A DNA stretch of 64,000 bases from Chrysomallon squamiferum (GCA_012295275.1 CM022670.1:29326001-29390000); one strand, 5' to 3'; shown: positions 42,934 through 56,735, counted from the stretch's first letter. Notes: generated from the sequence alone by a model not told the origin. Translations and numbers: made by a program.

Positions 42934-43424
42934 ACACAGCAGTTTACAACTGAGTATATAAACATGTTTATATTGAACTCTATCCACACACCAGTTTACA
43001 ACTTTGAGAATATAAACATGTTTATATTGAACTCTCTCTATCCACACAGCAGTTTACAACTTTGAGTATATAAACATGTTTATATTGAACTCTCTCTATC
43101 CACACACCAGTTTACAACTTTGAGTATATAAACATGTTTATATTGAACTCTCTCTATCCACACACCAGTTTACAACTGAGTATATAAACATGTTTATATT
43201 GAACTCTCTCTATCCACACAGCAGTTTACAACTGAGTATATAAACATGTTTATATTGAACTCTCTCTATCCACACACCAGTTTACAATTGAGTATATAAA
43301 CATGTTTATATTGAACTCTCTCTATCCACACACCAGTTTACAATTGAGTATATAAACATGTTTATATTGAACTCTCTCTATCCACACACCAGTTTACAAC
43401 TTTGAGTATATAAACATGTTATAT
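42934..43424. repeat. 56-58-bp minisatellite, 9 near-identical copies plus about 2 degenerate copies from about 42830
   Basis: Unit CTCTCTATCCACACA(C/G)CAGTTTACAACT(TT)GAGTATATAAACATGTTTATATTGAA. Confidence 0.97.
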
Positions 43425-43469
43425 TATTAATATTATTAAGATTTTATACCAGTTAAATTTTATTTCCAG

Positions 43470-43790
43470 GTAACAATATACGACAATGGCATTGATAGGT
43501 TGTCATCAACAACGAGGGTGGTGATCAAAGTTGAAGATGTCAATGATGAAAAGCCTAGATTCATTGACAAATCTCCAGAAATCCAAGTGCTGGAGCAGAA
43601 ACACACTGGTGAAGACATACCCATCTACCGAGTAATCACCATCGACCGAGATGAAGGACAGAATGCCAATGTTACTTACTTCATTAAAAACCACAGAGGA
43701 AATGGCAATACCATGTTTGTTATTAACCCTCTCACAGGCTTCATATACTCAACCAAGGATCTCCTCAGTGGAAGAAATTACGACTTGCAG
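43470..43790 (+). CDS. FAT1: Coding exon 4 (321 nt, phase 0-0), VTIYDNG...NYDLQ
   Basis: tatttccag acceptor, CAG|gtgata donor; DVNDEKP motif. Confidence 0.93.
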
Positions 43791-44370
43791 GTGATAGTTC
43801 AGTTTCCATATTTCTACAACTAATAAAAGTGAGAAAAATGTGTAAAATGAGCTATGGGATTAAGTTAAAAGAAACCTGTTATATATTAGAAATATATTTA
43901 AATACAGATTAAAGGTCTTTTTGTTTTTTAGTTATGGTTTTTAACAGAATTTAATAAATAGATGGTTATAAACACAAGGGTCACATTGTAAAAGTATTTA
44001 AAATCTGGATTTCTTTGAAATGGTTTTAAGTGCAAAAATCATATGGCTCTCATTATAAGACATAATTACAGGGCTAAATATCACTTAAAACTGTAATATG
44101 TGTGTCTCTGACTAAGCAGTTATGACAAGCAAAGGAAAAACTAAATACTTTGGACTCCTCATTAGAGCATGCTCTTAAACTAAGTAATATAAATGTTTCG
44201 AGTTAAAAAGTGTACTTGAAATAGATTAACAATCCCCAGAACATTGCTAATACCCTTTTGTAAGTTACAGAATACGTTTGTTTTTCTTCTTCAAGATACT
44301 GGAGTGATAGATTATACTATTAAAGATATTGCATTATATTAAATTAATATTGTATTTGTTTGTTTCTCAG

Positions 44371-44584
44371 ATCAAGGCTGTTGATGGAGGTGTGCCTCCT
44401 AGGAGGTCAGGAGTTAGGATACGCATTCAGATTGTCAGCCGCCCCACCTCTTCTGTGCACCCACCAAGATTTACTGAACCCTCTTACTTTGTGTCTGTCA
44501 CAGAAAATGATCCAGTAGGACATCTGGTGGTCATGTTGTCAGCTGAAGATGATGATGGCAATTCAATCTGGTTTTCAATAAGAG
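44371..44584 (+). CDS. FAT1: Coding exon 5 (214 nt, phase 0-1), IKAVDGG...WFSIR
   Basis: tgtttctcag acceptor, G|gtaggc donor. Confidence 0.92.
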
Positions 44585-45983
44585 GTAGGCTGCAGCATAT
44601 GGTGGCCACTTGCTGGGTATGACAAATCTATAGCAGCTTTTGTTAACAAAACTGACCGCTGGATTATAATGTCCTGCTGAACACATTAAGTTATTAAAAT
44701 CTTGATTTAACAGTTAAAATCGACCAAACTGACTGAACACGTTCTGAATCAGAATGTTAAGTATATTCAGGACAATGTTTAAATATCTGACAGATGTCAA
44801 AATTTGCCAATTTTAAAAATTGTATTGGCACTGTAAGAAAATATTTTTAAACATTACTCTTTGCAGATCAGGTGCCATAACATAAATGCAATAATCAGTA
44901 TTATATTATCAATCCAAAGGATATAATTTTTATTATTATTTTTTTATCATTATACATGTTTGATTTTATACATGAGAGGGAAAAAAGTTTCTACCCACAC
45001 ATTCAAAAGTGTACATTATAAAAAAAATGGAATAAATACAAGTCAGTTATTTACATCTTCACTGGTCTCTTTTCTTTGTAGCTGATGTTTGTTTGCAGTT
45101 GTTCTTATACCCTTGTCTGACATCTGTGTACTGTTGTTGACCAGAACGTAGCTGTTGTCAGTGTTTGAGTTCCTCTAACACTTGACGTGTAGTGTAAACA
45201 ATGTCACTTTTTATTAGCCCTTTCACTTTGAGGAAGTGATAAAACTTATACATTGCTGATGCCAGTCAGATTACTCTTTCATTGTTCTTTATGGCTGCTG
45301 AATATTGTTATTTGGATTAGTTTTTGTTGATGTTTTTCAAAAGAAACCTAGATTTATATTTATTTTTAGCTCCATTTCTAAGAAAATATAAAAGTATTTA
45401 TGTGTACTAGACCTAGTTTCTTATTGTGAAGTTTGTGGCTTTTTGAGTGATAGCAATAGGGCATTAACTTTCTGGATATTAGGTCCAAAGGTGAGGTTGT
45501 GGATGGAGGAAAAGGGTGTGGGGACTGTTAAAACATGCTAATGTGTAACATTTTTACCTAACAGTCTATTTATAACATCACAGGATAGTCTGAGCATAGT
45601 TCAAAAATTAATGTTATTGAATATGTATGACTGTTTTGGATTTTTTGGTTTTTGTTTTTATGCTTATTATGTAAAATTAAATGTATCAGTAATGTATAAC
45701 AAAAAATTTGATTATGTATTTGTTTAATCATCTTTATATTAATATATTATATATTGGTTCTGTATTGTTATTCTGTATAAAAAACATTTTTCATTTTTAA
45801 TTATGTGACAGATACATTTTCAATTTTGGCAGACACAAATTGGATGACCTAGGTCAGTTTTGCAGACATGATCCCCAAACATTATCTCTGTGCTTGAAAC
45901 TAGAGTTAGACTTAATCATTTTCTTTTAGAATGGAATGATTTACATGTTGCTGATTTAAATGAATAATAATGTGTTTCTGTAG

Positions 45984-46123
45984 GTGGAGATGAGGAAGGA
46001 ATGTTCATGGTCCAGCCCAAGCATGGCAGTCTGCTTCTGGCTCATCAGCTTGACTGGGAAATGAGGTCAAGTTACAACCTTACCGTGTGTGCCACTGACG
46101 GCATCCATGACACTTGCACTTGG
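45984..46123 (+). CDS. FAT1: Coding exon 6 (140 nt, phase 1-0), GGDEEGMF...LDWEMRSSYNLTVCATDG...TW
   Basis: gtttctgtag acceptor, TGG|gtaaaa donor; not in ORF track. Confidence 0.92.
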
Positions 46124-47499
46124 GTAAAATCATCTTTTTATAGCCTTCAGTTAATGTCTTGAGCAAAGGTTGCCACTACACTTAAACTGTCAATTATTTT
46201 TTGACTAAGCCATATAAAGTAGAATGTTAACTATTTTATGACCCAACATTTATTAAAATAGCAATGTCTTAAGCTATATTAATTTCAGTATACATTTTAT
46301 TACTGTTGATAAATGAAAAGGTCCAATGCACACAACACAAATCTGGTGTTTATCGACTTTTTTCTCACTTTTAAAACTCTATTAGCAAGTGTTGATGGAG
46401 AATCTTGAAATCCTCTCATTTTTGTTTTCTGTTTAATATGCAAACCCTCAGTATTTCATAATCCTCAGTTTTTGCAGTAAATATCAATAAAGTTTAATAA
46501 TGAAGGAAGTAAAAGAAGGAATTAAATTAAGAAAGACATTGTAAACTGAGAAAATGCTTAATTTGGGGGGGGGGTCATTTTATTTTCCAGTCATTGGTTT
46601 TGTCAGCTGAAATTATCTGTACTTAATTCAGTATAAAAAATGTATTTTTTTTATCTTTCTTTATACTAGTTAGTGTTGGAGGTATTTTATCTTTTTTATC
46701 CCTTGTCCATTTTGAAATAAATATAGAAAGTAATCAGATAGGTTTTTACTTTGAATATATCTGCACATTCATCCCTTTTGGAATAATCAAATAGTTATTT
46801 TTTAAATTTATTTCTAATCTGTGTATACTGATATTTCTAAACGGGTTTGTTCTGTTATACTCATTGGTTTATCACTTTGAATTCCTCTGATTCCTAAACA
46901 TTTAACATACAGAGAAATGAATATTCTGAATTAATTTCAGTTGTTGCTAATTGAAAATAGTATATATTGATAGATCAGACAAATTCAAAAAATGTGCCAA
47001 ACCAGTAAAATCCACAAAACCAATTAATTTCTCAGTAGAAATAAGAAAGAAAGATTTTTACTTAATGGACACATTGAAGACATTTTATTAGTGGTTATTC
47101 AGCATCAAAGTTTTGGTAAAGAACATTCAGATAATTACAGAGGAAACCCACTGCCATGTTTTCTGATTAGCAAAAATAATTTGTTATGTGCAGCCCCCTT
47201 GGACAGAATAGTACATTCCATGACCTTTGTTACATAAGCTGCAGAGCACAGGCTGGAATGAGAAATAGTCCAGTGAGTCCACAAAGTAGATTTGATCTGA
47301 TGTCTCACTGCATATTGAGCAGAAGCTGTTACTAAGCTGCATTCCAGTCCAACAGAAGGAAAAGCCACACTGTATAATTATCATCAACAGTTATTCTGAA
47401 CCTTAGATCTGTTTTATTCATACATACATACATACATATATATTGATCTTTTTTAAATATATTTTTTGTTTTACCATGTCTGGTTCACTGACATTTCAG

Positions 47500-47710
47500 G
47501 TGTATGTAAAAGTGATTGATATAAATGACAATGCTCCAGAGTTTTCTAACATAATGTATGTTGGAGAGGTCTCAGAGAGTGTCAAGGTTGGAACCAGCGT
47601 ACTCCAGGTTACTGCACTGGATAGTGACGAGGACAAGACTCTGTTTTACACATTTTCCTCAGCTGGGAATCTTGTTAGCTTGCACAAGTTTGAGATAAAT
47701 CCACAAAGTG
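47500..47710 (+). CDS. FAT1: Coding exon 7 (211 nt, phase 0-1), VYVKVIDINDNAPEF...INPQS
   Basis: catttcag acceptor, G|gtgagt donor. Confidence 0.93.
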
Positions 47711-48231
47711 GTGAGTAATGTTGATATTTAAGATAAATGAGATGTGCCTGAAGTTTAAATATAGTCAAATATAATGTACAAAACATACAGAGAATTTATG
47801 AATTCTCTGTTACTACTAAAATAGGATTGTTTTTGTTGTTTTTTGTCAGAAGCTGTAAGATTTATCTAGATTTGACTTTGAAATATTGCAGAAAATTATT
47901 AGTTGTGTTACTAATAAACAAATTTGGTTTAAATGAATAAATGTTTGGCTTTTTTAAATTCCAAATTTGCATAACATTTTAAAGCCTGAAAAGAAAGGAA
48001 AGGTTAAAAAACTGTACTAAATATATTTATCAATGATTAAATTATTTATTTAAAAAAAATATAAACAACAACAATAAGAAAGAAACATATAGTCTGTTTC
48101 AGTTATTTTAATTTTTGTATTTATTTTTAATATCAAAATAGAAAATATTAACAGCGTAGATACTTTTAGAATTATGAAACTTTAAGAAGAAATATGACTG
48201 AAATGAACAAATTGTATATTTTTGATTTCAG

Positions 48232-48507
48232 GTATTATTAGTGTGGCAGAGCCACTGGACCGTGAAGTTCTCACTCGCCACATTATCACTGTCATGGTTC
48301 GAGACAGAGGTACACCTTCAAAAAGAAGTTTTGCCCGAGTGACCATCAATATTCTTGACCACAATGACCATGCCCCACAGTTCCTCTCACACATATTTGA
48401 AGGTCGAGTTTTTGAAACTGCTGCCATAGGAACCTCGGTGGTGCAGACATTTTCTACAGACAATGATAAGGGAATTAATGCAGAAATATCTTACTCCATC
48501 TTGTCAG
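48232..48507 (+). CDS. FAT1: Coding exon 8 (276 nt, phase 1-1), GIISVAEPLDRE...YSILS
   Basis: tgatttcag acceptor, G|gtaagt donor; DHNDHAPQF motif. Confidence 0.94.
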
Positions 48508-48873
48508 GTAAGTTATTTTACAGGTGTATAAATTAATTTACAGGTATGAATGTATGCATGAACTAAATTGTATGTATTGTTTCATTTGGTGTGTTTTTCA
48601 GTTACATTATTTTTCATGTTCTGATTTAAACATAAAATTTGGTGATTTCTTTGAAATTAAATATTATCCTTAAATTAAAATCTGTTGTTTGAGAATTTTA
48701 TTTAAAATGCAGTATATAAATGTAATTGATTAAATGTTCTTTGTCAGTTTTTTCATGTTTTTTTTTGTTTTTTTGTAGAAATTTGTTTTCACAATTTGAT
48801 TAGTTGATAGTTTAATCCATTTAGATCATTTTTACACACATTGAAATTTTTATTTAACTGGGTTGTTTTTCAG

Positions 48874-50363
48874 GAAATGTTGGAGGCTCATTTGTAATAG
48901 ATGAAAATGTTGGCATTGTTTCTGTTGGGAGGGAACTTGAAAGGTCTGTGAATTCTGAATACAACCTGATTGTTATGGCAACAGACAAAGGTGTACCTTC
49001 TCTGAGTAGCACATGCTCTGTAAAGATCTGGGTGACAATGTCAAATAATGCCCCACCAAAATTCTCAAAGAATGTTTACACAGATGACTTAAGAGAAAAT
49101 CAGTCACCAGGTTCAGTTGTGTTTGCCATCCAGGCAACAAGCCAGTCATCAGTTGTTTATGACATTTCAGAAGGAAATGATAAAGGACATTTTCTGATAA
49201 ATCCAAACTCAGGTGTGATATCAACCAAGGATGTGGTTGATTATGAAACTGATAAGTTTTTTAATTTAACCATTACAGCTACAAATATAGTTGGAGCCCA
49301 GACAACAGCACAGGTAGTTATCCATATTCTTGATGAGAATGACAACCATCCAAAGTTTGCTAGAAGTGTGTACAGAGGAAACATCAGTGAAGCTGCTGCA
49401 GTCAACAGCATGATTTTCAATGATGATGGCTCACCACTTGTTGTGAAAGGAAGTGATGAAGATTCTGGGACAAATGCTTTACTCCAGTATGAAATAACAG
49501 ACCAAGAAACTCAGAAGTATTTTAGGATTGATCCTGACACTGGTGCAATTCATACAGTATCCACTCTAGATCATGAGAAGATAAAACTGTACAATTTCAG
49601 TGTGCAGGTCACTGATTTGGGCAAGCCAAGACTCCATGCCAAAGTTCCAGCAATAGTTATTATTTCTGTCATTGATGTTAATGACTCACCTCCTCGGTTT
49701 TCAAACCACACATACAGAAGTGAACTGCTCCTGCCTACGTTCAAAGATGTGGCTGTTGTACATCTCCAGGCCACAGATCCAGACACTTCATCTACAGACA
49801 TGTTGACATTCAGCATTGTTGGTGGTAACCATGGAAATAAATTTGCCCTCAACCCTCAGACAGGTGTAATGTATGTTCAGGAGGAAGAAGATTTTTCTTC
49901 TCAGTACAGACTTAAAGTTAAAGTGAGTGATGGAAAGTTTGACAGCACAGCTGCTGTCATTATCAATGTTCAGAAATCAGTTGACAGTGGCTTGCACTTC
50001 ACCAGAAATGTTTACAGTGCAACTGTTCTGGAGAACATGTCCTCTATCAAACGTCTGACTGTTGTCCAAACTGTCGGTCATAAACTAAATGAACATTTGC
50101 TCTTCTCACTGCTTAACAACAAGGATGAGTTCTCTATAGGGCATTCATCAGGAGTTCTCAAGACAAAAGGAATTCCTTTTGATCGTGAAATCAGAGACAA
50201 TTACACAGTTGTGGTCCGAGTGACCAACTCCATTGGACAGTTAGCTCATGTTATTGTCATGGTTTCTGTCTTGGATGAAAACGACAATGCACCAATGTTT
50301 GTCAACCAGCCATATCACTCTGTGGTGTCCTATGAGGCTCTTGAAGGAGAAATAGTTAAGAGG
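48874..50363 (+). CDS. FAT1: Coding exon 9 (1490 nt, phase 1-0), GNVGGSF...EIVKR
   Basis: gtttttcag acceptor, AGG|gtaaat donor; 487-aa ORF of cadherin repeats. Confidence 0.95.
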
Positions 50364-50556
50364 GTAAATATTCTAATTTTATTGTTTCATCAGTTACAAA
50401 ATTTTATATAGAAAATGAACATCTCAAATACACTTTTCAAACTATTATTTTTATTATTTCATATCTGAAGACTGTACTTTTTCTCAGTTTTTAAGGCTGC
50501 TTCTTTTAATAACAGCAAATTCAAGTTTGATTTTAGTACTGTTTCCTCATTTCCAG

Positions 50557-50731
50557 GTTACAGCTGTTGACGTGGATGAAGGTAAAAATGGAGAGGTTCG
50601 ATACAGTATCATTGATGGCAGTGAGCAGAAATTCTTCATCAATCACATCACTGGTGACATCACAGTCCGTCGCCTCTCGCGTCTTGATCAAAACAAAGTG
50701 TTCACTCTAATGGTAGAGGCACAGGACAAAG
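50557..50731 (+). CDS. FAT1: Coding exon 10 (175 nt, phase 0-1), VTAVDVDEG...EAQDK
   Basis: catttccag acceptor, G|gtttaa donor. Confidence 0.9.
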
Positions 50732-51043
50732 GTTTAAACTTTATTCAGTTATTATTGTGTTAGGTGTTTATCACTGCCACAGAATCTTTGTCAGAGTAGA
50801 TGTTGAAATTTGTTTTGGGATTGTTTCAAACTCTGCTACTACTACAACTTGTTACAGATTGATTGATTACTGAAGAAAATTATAATCTAATTATAATTTG
50901 TAAATATATTTATTTAAATAATGATATTAAAGTAAGACTTTTTGGTTAATAAAGAAATTTAAGTCAATTCTGTGGTTAATTGATCTAAATATTACAGTAA
51001 GATTCAGGGAACAAAGTAAATTAACATCATTTTTACATTCTAG

Positions 51044-51265
51044 GTCGACCTCCACATCGAACTCTGATCAAGGTGCCAATACACATTATCAGTCGCGACA
51101 GTCCTGTGTTTGAAAAAGCATTTTACAACATCAGTGTCCCAGAGAACATTGCCATGCATTCACCAATAATCAGCATCCAAGCTTTCAGTCCCAAGAACAA
51201 AAAACTTATTTACTCTATTACAAAGGGGGACAAATATGGTGACTTTGCTATCGATTTTAATACTG
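51044..51265 (+). CDS. FAT1: Coding exon 11 (222 nt, phase 1-1), GRPPHRT...FAIDFNT
   Basis: cattctag acceptor, G|gtgagt donor. Confidence 0.92.
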
Positions 51266-53205
51266 GTGAGTTAGATGATTTTAGCTTTTTTTTTAATTGC
51301 TTGGGGAAGATAATTGCTATAGGGAATAACTTGATGGTGGTTCCAGATCTGCTGGGTGAGTGAGGAAAGCTTTTTCTTGTACGGTTCTATCAGGGCTGTG
51401 CTTGACAGCAGGCTTTGGTTGTAAACCATACCCTAAGTACCATCGATATTGATATGTATTATATAACTAGTTGTTTAGAAGGTTCATTTATCCAACATAT
51501 TTTAGAAATACACTTTTTATTTTTAATAAAGTAATTTGAAATAGTTTGCATTAATATTTATGTTAATTTTTTAAGTTTTAGAATATTTTTATTATTATAA
51601 GTTACCACTCTTCTGAGCTTATATGCTAACTAAAGTGTATTAAGCTGATTAATATATACCTTATATTACCTTGTTATTAATATCAGCAGACTAAGTCACT
51701 AGAAGTCAGCAGAATATTTATTTTAAATCAAGCAAATTAACGCAAGATAATTAAAATAGTTTCAGCAGAGTTGTTCTCAAATATTAGTTTACATTTTTCT
51801 CACACACACAGGTATTTATATATAATTTTCTGTTCTGTTTCATCACAGATCTAAAAGAATTAATGCTTATGTAACATTATCTTATTTTAATTTCAAAATG
51901 GCTCATATGGCATTTAAAATATTTTCAAGTAACATAAAGGGTATTCATAGAGTAGATGCATGTGTCATTTAACATTATAAGGTACAAAGAGATTTTATAG
52001 ACTGCATTTATCTTAAGCCCTTATCATTTTATTTTAATTTTTATTATTATTATTTTTTTATTGAATATAAAACACTACCAGATATACATACTTGTCAGAA
52101 AACATGTAGTTTTCACTGACAGAGTGATAATTAACTGATATCATTTAATCTTACTGAGCTTATAAGACACAAATAAAACAGTTAAAATGAGAAAAAACAG
52201 ACAAAGCTCCTTTTTATTTACTAGTTGGGACATAAATTGACATTGATCTCAGTTTACACTTTGTCATTCTCACTTCACATTAATTCATTTATGATAATAA
52301 TGCTTGCAGAATACATTTATTCAGTGGTGATGGTATCTGCTGCCAGCATAACAGTAATACATTTCGAACTAACAAGTAAATAAGAAGTTAGTGACAGTTG
52401 CAGTCTAATAGTCTATAAAATATTAATATGTCATTCTTCTTTCTACACAATAATTTGCTTAGGTCATTTTTTTTTTTCATTTCAGTAATGCCATTTTATT
52501 TTTTTAGTATTTAATATACATATATTTTTTAATTATGTTTAGAAGACACCAGTGATCTTAATGTTTTATGTCTCATGTGACCTTGTTTCTAAGGTTGTCT
52601 AGATTTTGGCTGGCAACAAGAGAACATATCTCAATGAAAATTCTTGTTTGGTTTGTTTCATTTTTTTATTGGACAATGTAATAATAAAAAATAACCAAAT
52701 ATGTTTTATATTTTAAAAATTAATTTGTATTTTTATATAAATTCTAATATTGCAAATAAATATTCAGATTGGTTTCTAGATTAGTTTAAAGCTATTTTTA
52801 TTTATTTATTTATATTTTTTTGAAAGAATTGTTTACATCTTTAAAATATTGAATAATTTTATGATATATAAATTGTTTATTTTTTCTCCCCTTATAATAA
52901 CAGATTATTATTTTATCTGCATGGAAAAAAAAAATTAAAGAGAATTTTTAAGAATTTTATTTTATTAAAATTAAAATATAGTCACTGAGCATTTCATATA
53001 ATAAATAAATAAATAAATAAATAAATGTTAAAAAAACAAACAACGTTACAAAGGTTGTTTAAATATTTTTGTATCACATATTAGGTGTGAAGCTGACTAA
53101 CATACATTGATAGAAACCTCTGACTGATAAGTCATTGTTCTCTTGTTGCCTAGACTCAATTACTTACTAATCAGTGATGTTTTTACTATTTACTCTGCGG
53201 ATCAG

Positions 53206-53226
53206 CCATGGATGTGTTAGGCCCAT
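53206..53226 (+). CDS. FAT1: Candidate alternative 21-nt microexon (phase 1-1), giving T-A-MDVLGP-C-LISV
   Basis: ttttactatttactctgcggatcag|CCATGGATGTGTTAGGCCCAT|gtgagt; frame-preserving, no stop; ACTAAT branch-point-like motif at 53166. Confidence 0.7.
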
Positions 53227-53356
53227 GTGAGTAAAATATATCTCTGTGTCTTTGGTGTCTTGGGTGTTTCAGCTTCCCTGCTTGCTCAGTGTCACTCTTT
53301 GTCATTGCTATAATAAAATAATAACAATTAAAAAAAAAAAAAAAAAATTTTGCACT

Positions 53357-53428
53357 CTTTATTTATTTATTTATCTATTTATTTATTTATTTATTTATTT
53401 ATTTATCTATTTATTTATTTATTTATTT
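53357..53428. repeat. (TTTA)n microsatellite, preceded by poly(A)
   Basis: Direct reading; source of the spurious LFIY ORF. Confidence 0.93.
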
Positions 53429-54127
53429 AATGTTGTCGTAGTGGCTTTAATTTAATGTGTAAAATATTTATTGTCTGTTGTAAATGTTGTAATAATGAAG
53501 TTTATGTTGTTGAATAGGTGTAATGAACATGTCTGGTTTATTAAAAAGTGTGTATATATATATAAAACTTGATATAGTTTTTATCATTATTAATCTCTCA
53601 TGTGGCTTTTAGGAATAAATGATAGATCTTAACAGTGTGTAATTCTGTCATCTGCATCATTGTCAGTATTTAATCATTGTAATCATTGTAATATTTAAAG
53701 TAAACATTACAGGATCATATTTGAGAAAAAAATCAATATTTTGTGAGTATTAATAAAAAAAATGTCCACATGCATAATTCAATAATTTGTTTTAAATTGC
53801 TTATAAATTCAATACAAATATAAAAGAAGATAAAAGGTTTGTGCATTATGAAATTTAAATATATGTATTTAAAAGGTGTGTTAAGCAGTATTTGATGTTT
53901 TGTGTGCTGTGCAGACAGGGAAGTGAGATGTTAGCTAATATGGTGTGTGGATGTTGTATAATCCTTCCTCTACTTTGCCTGCTTTACAGCATCTTCTCTG
54001 CACTTTGTAATTCATCATAGACTGATGGCAGTTTTAGTTGCTGGGTCCGAGTTGTCAATACAATGATAGCATAAATTGCACATGTTCATATTACCTTGTA
54101 AATGATTTTACTAACTATTTGAATAAT

Positions 54128-54128
<1 letters not shown>

Positions 54129-54160
<32 letters not shown>
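54129..54160. repeat. poly(A) tract
   Basis: 32 consecutive A. Confidence 0.93.
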
Positions 54161-54162
<2 letters not shown>

Positions 54163-56613
54163 AATAAATAATAGAAAATAAAATGAATAAATCAGTAAAT
54201 CAATCAGTCAGTCAATCAATCAAAACATAAATAACAATAATAGCAAAAATATTTTTTAAAGATCCAGACTGTTGAATCCTTTAAAAAGATATACGTTTGT
54301 TATAGACACCAGAATGTATTAACAATAATATATATAAGATGGGTAAATATTAACTTGGTATTTAATTATATAATTAATACTTCATTCTAAAGGATATTAA
54401 AAGAAATACTGATTAGAAAATAAATAAATAAATATATTTAAAGTAATAATAATAACAATAATAATTAAGAAAGAAATAAAATAAACACAACCCAAAAGAT
54501 TAATAAATAAATGAAAGATAATTAACACCATTAATTGTCTCCTATTAGTGAAAAATTGTATACTTACTCTTTTATGAAGGATGGTCATCACCAATGTTTT
54601 TAACAGACCCATAAAACATAGCATTCTATAAACATAAATAATAAGATAAAGAACAAACAATATGTATCTGTTGATGTCTTACAAAACTGGTGTAGCCTTC
54701 CTAGAGGAAACACTTTATTAAAGCATTAATATATTACTTCAGTTAACAGTCAGCTTTAATATTAGTTCGTCTTTACTACACAAAGTATTTTGTATGTGTG
54801 TGTGTTTTTTACATAGATAACTAGTCAGATTGAAAATTACTTACTATAGAGTAGGTTTTAAATATAACATTCTATTAGATTTCTGCTGAATAGTTTTATA
54901 TCATTATTGTGCATTTTTATTTAATGTTCATTCAGTCCTCATTTAGCTTTCATTATAAAACAAAATGTAAAATTTCCCACTGAGGGTATAAAAACATTCA
55001 TGGATTCCATAATGTACTAATGGAACAAACAGTTAAACCAGTAGATGTTGTGAATGATGCCATAACAAAACAACTGGGTTGTCAAACAAAGATTCATAGT
55101 CAGGATATCTAAAAGATATATGAAACAGTACTGCTGTGGATCAAAGTTAAACAAGGACTGCATGTAAACCAGGTTATCATAATAGAGCTTTGTTACAGAT
55201 TAATTTAAAAATACAAAACAGAATGTGATATTTCAGTTTAGCCATGATACAACAGCAAATTCAGATAGAACTTTAAAAGATGGAATGAAACATTTTGAGT
55301 GATAGTGATAATCTTATTTATTCTGAGTACAAAACACTGAACAAATGTCATCCACATTTCTTCTTCTTCAATTTGTTACAATTTCAGTATATTGCTTGTT
55401 TAATTTAAATAATTTTCAGTAAGAAAGTGACACATTCAGCATTATTTTTTATTTTAAAATAAATGACAACACCAGTTAAACAAATATAAATACATACAGA
55501 GTAAAAAAAAAAAAAAAAAAAATTATTTATGCACTGTGAAAACTATTTGTTAAGTGGACATGATTTTTACACAAAAACAGATTGTTTTTCAGTAATTAGT
55601 ACCATTTTATATTCATTGTAATTCCTCTAATATAGTTTATTTTTCACATATTTTATTAATTCCATCAGTTACAATACCTTTATTTAATACTTCATTACCC
55701 AGTATCTGTTCATTCCTTTAAATACCATTTTATATAATAATTTTTATACATGCATATTCAAAAGAATTAAACTTACATATTAAACCTCAGTACATTATTT
55801 TAATAATACTTAAAAATGTTAAAGCTATATTTTAAATTTTGTTTTCACTACTTTACCAAACTGTAATGTGATGAATATAATTACTTACTAATTTTAAATT
55901 TTGTTTCTTTCTTTAAACAAATGACTGAAATTAGTCATATAACCATACAGGTCACATGGAACTAACTGAAAATGCTAACACATTCACACATACTAATAAA
56001 CTTTCAGTTTTAGATTAGTAACAGTTGTATGCATATTTATATTTAGTTAAATATAAATTAATTTAAATTAGAAATTCTTGTGTTTATAGAATGCTTACAT
56101 ATTTAGAATTTTGTTATCTAGTTTTTCACATATTAATTCAGAAAAGTACTTTTGCAGTATATTCCTAAAATGCTAATTAATATTAAGCTTTGTGATTATT
56201 ATATTAAATTTCACACTTAGTTCTGTTTTAATTAGGAAAGTGTTTATATTTAATGCTTTTATAACATACAAAAAATCACTTTATGGCTGTGTAAAAGAAG
56301 TACTGATTTTCCCTGATACTGACAGTCTGTTATTATTTTTACATGGTTATTAAACTTGTTACATTTGACTGACTCAGTTAGTTGATGTTAATAATGGGGT
56401 TTTTTTATGTACAGATCAAACTGTAACTATAAACTTCAACACAGTGTGATGTTTAGACTTTTAATTAAGATTGTAATAAATAATAAATTAAATGCTAATG
56501 TGCTTAATTAGAAAAATGCAAAACAGATACATTTTTGTAATTTTTCAGGATTTCTTGTTCTTGTTTTGCATTATCCTGTCCATTTGTAAGCAATTATTGT
56601 TGTTATTTGTCAG

Positions 56614-56735
56614 GTTTGATATCTGTGATTGGGATGATTGACTATGAAGAGAAGTCTGACTATGAGTTGACTCTGAGAGCTACTGACATTGACACAGGCA
56701 GTTACACAGATACAATAATTTTTGTCACCTTACAG
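56614..56735 (+). CDS. FAT1: Coding exon 12 (122 nt, phase 1-0), GLISVIGMIDYEEK...VTLQ
   Basis: atttgtcag acceptor, CAG|gttagt donor. Confidence 0.92.

Noticed and set aside
42934-43424. CRISPR-like array with palindromic repeats
   Set aside because: The units are head-to-tail with no unique spacers, lie in a eukaryotic intron, and have no cas genes nearby. It is a minisatellite.
45145-45147. 3-nt microexon AAC in intron 5
   Set aside because: The donor is weak (gtagct) and inclusion would disrupt the conserved GG turn.
53915-53922. Second microexon candidate gtgcag|ACAGGGAA|gtgaga
   Set aside because: It is 8 nt and frameshifting, and I found no compensating partner.
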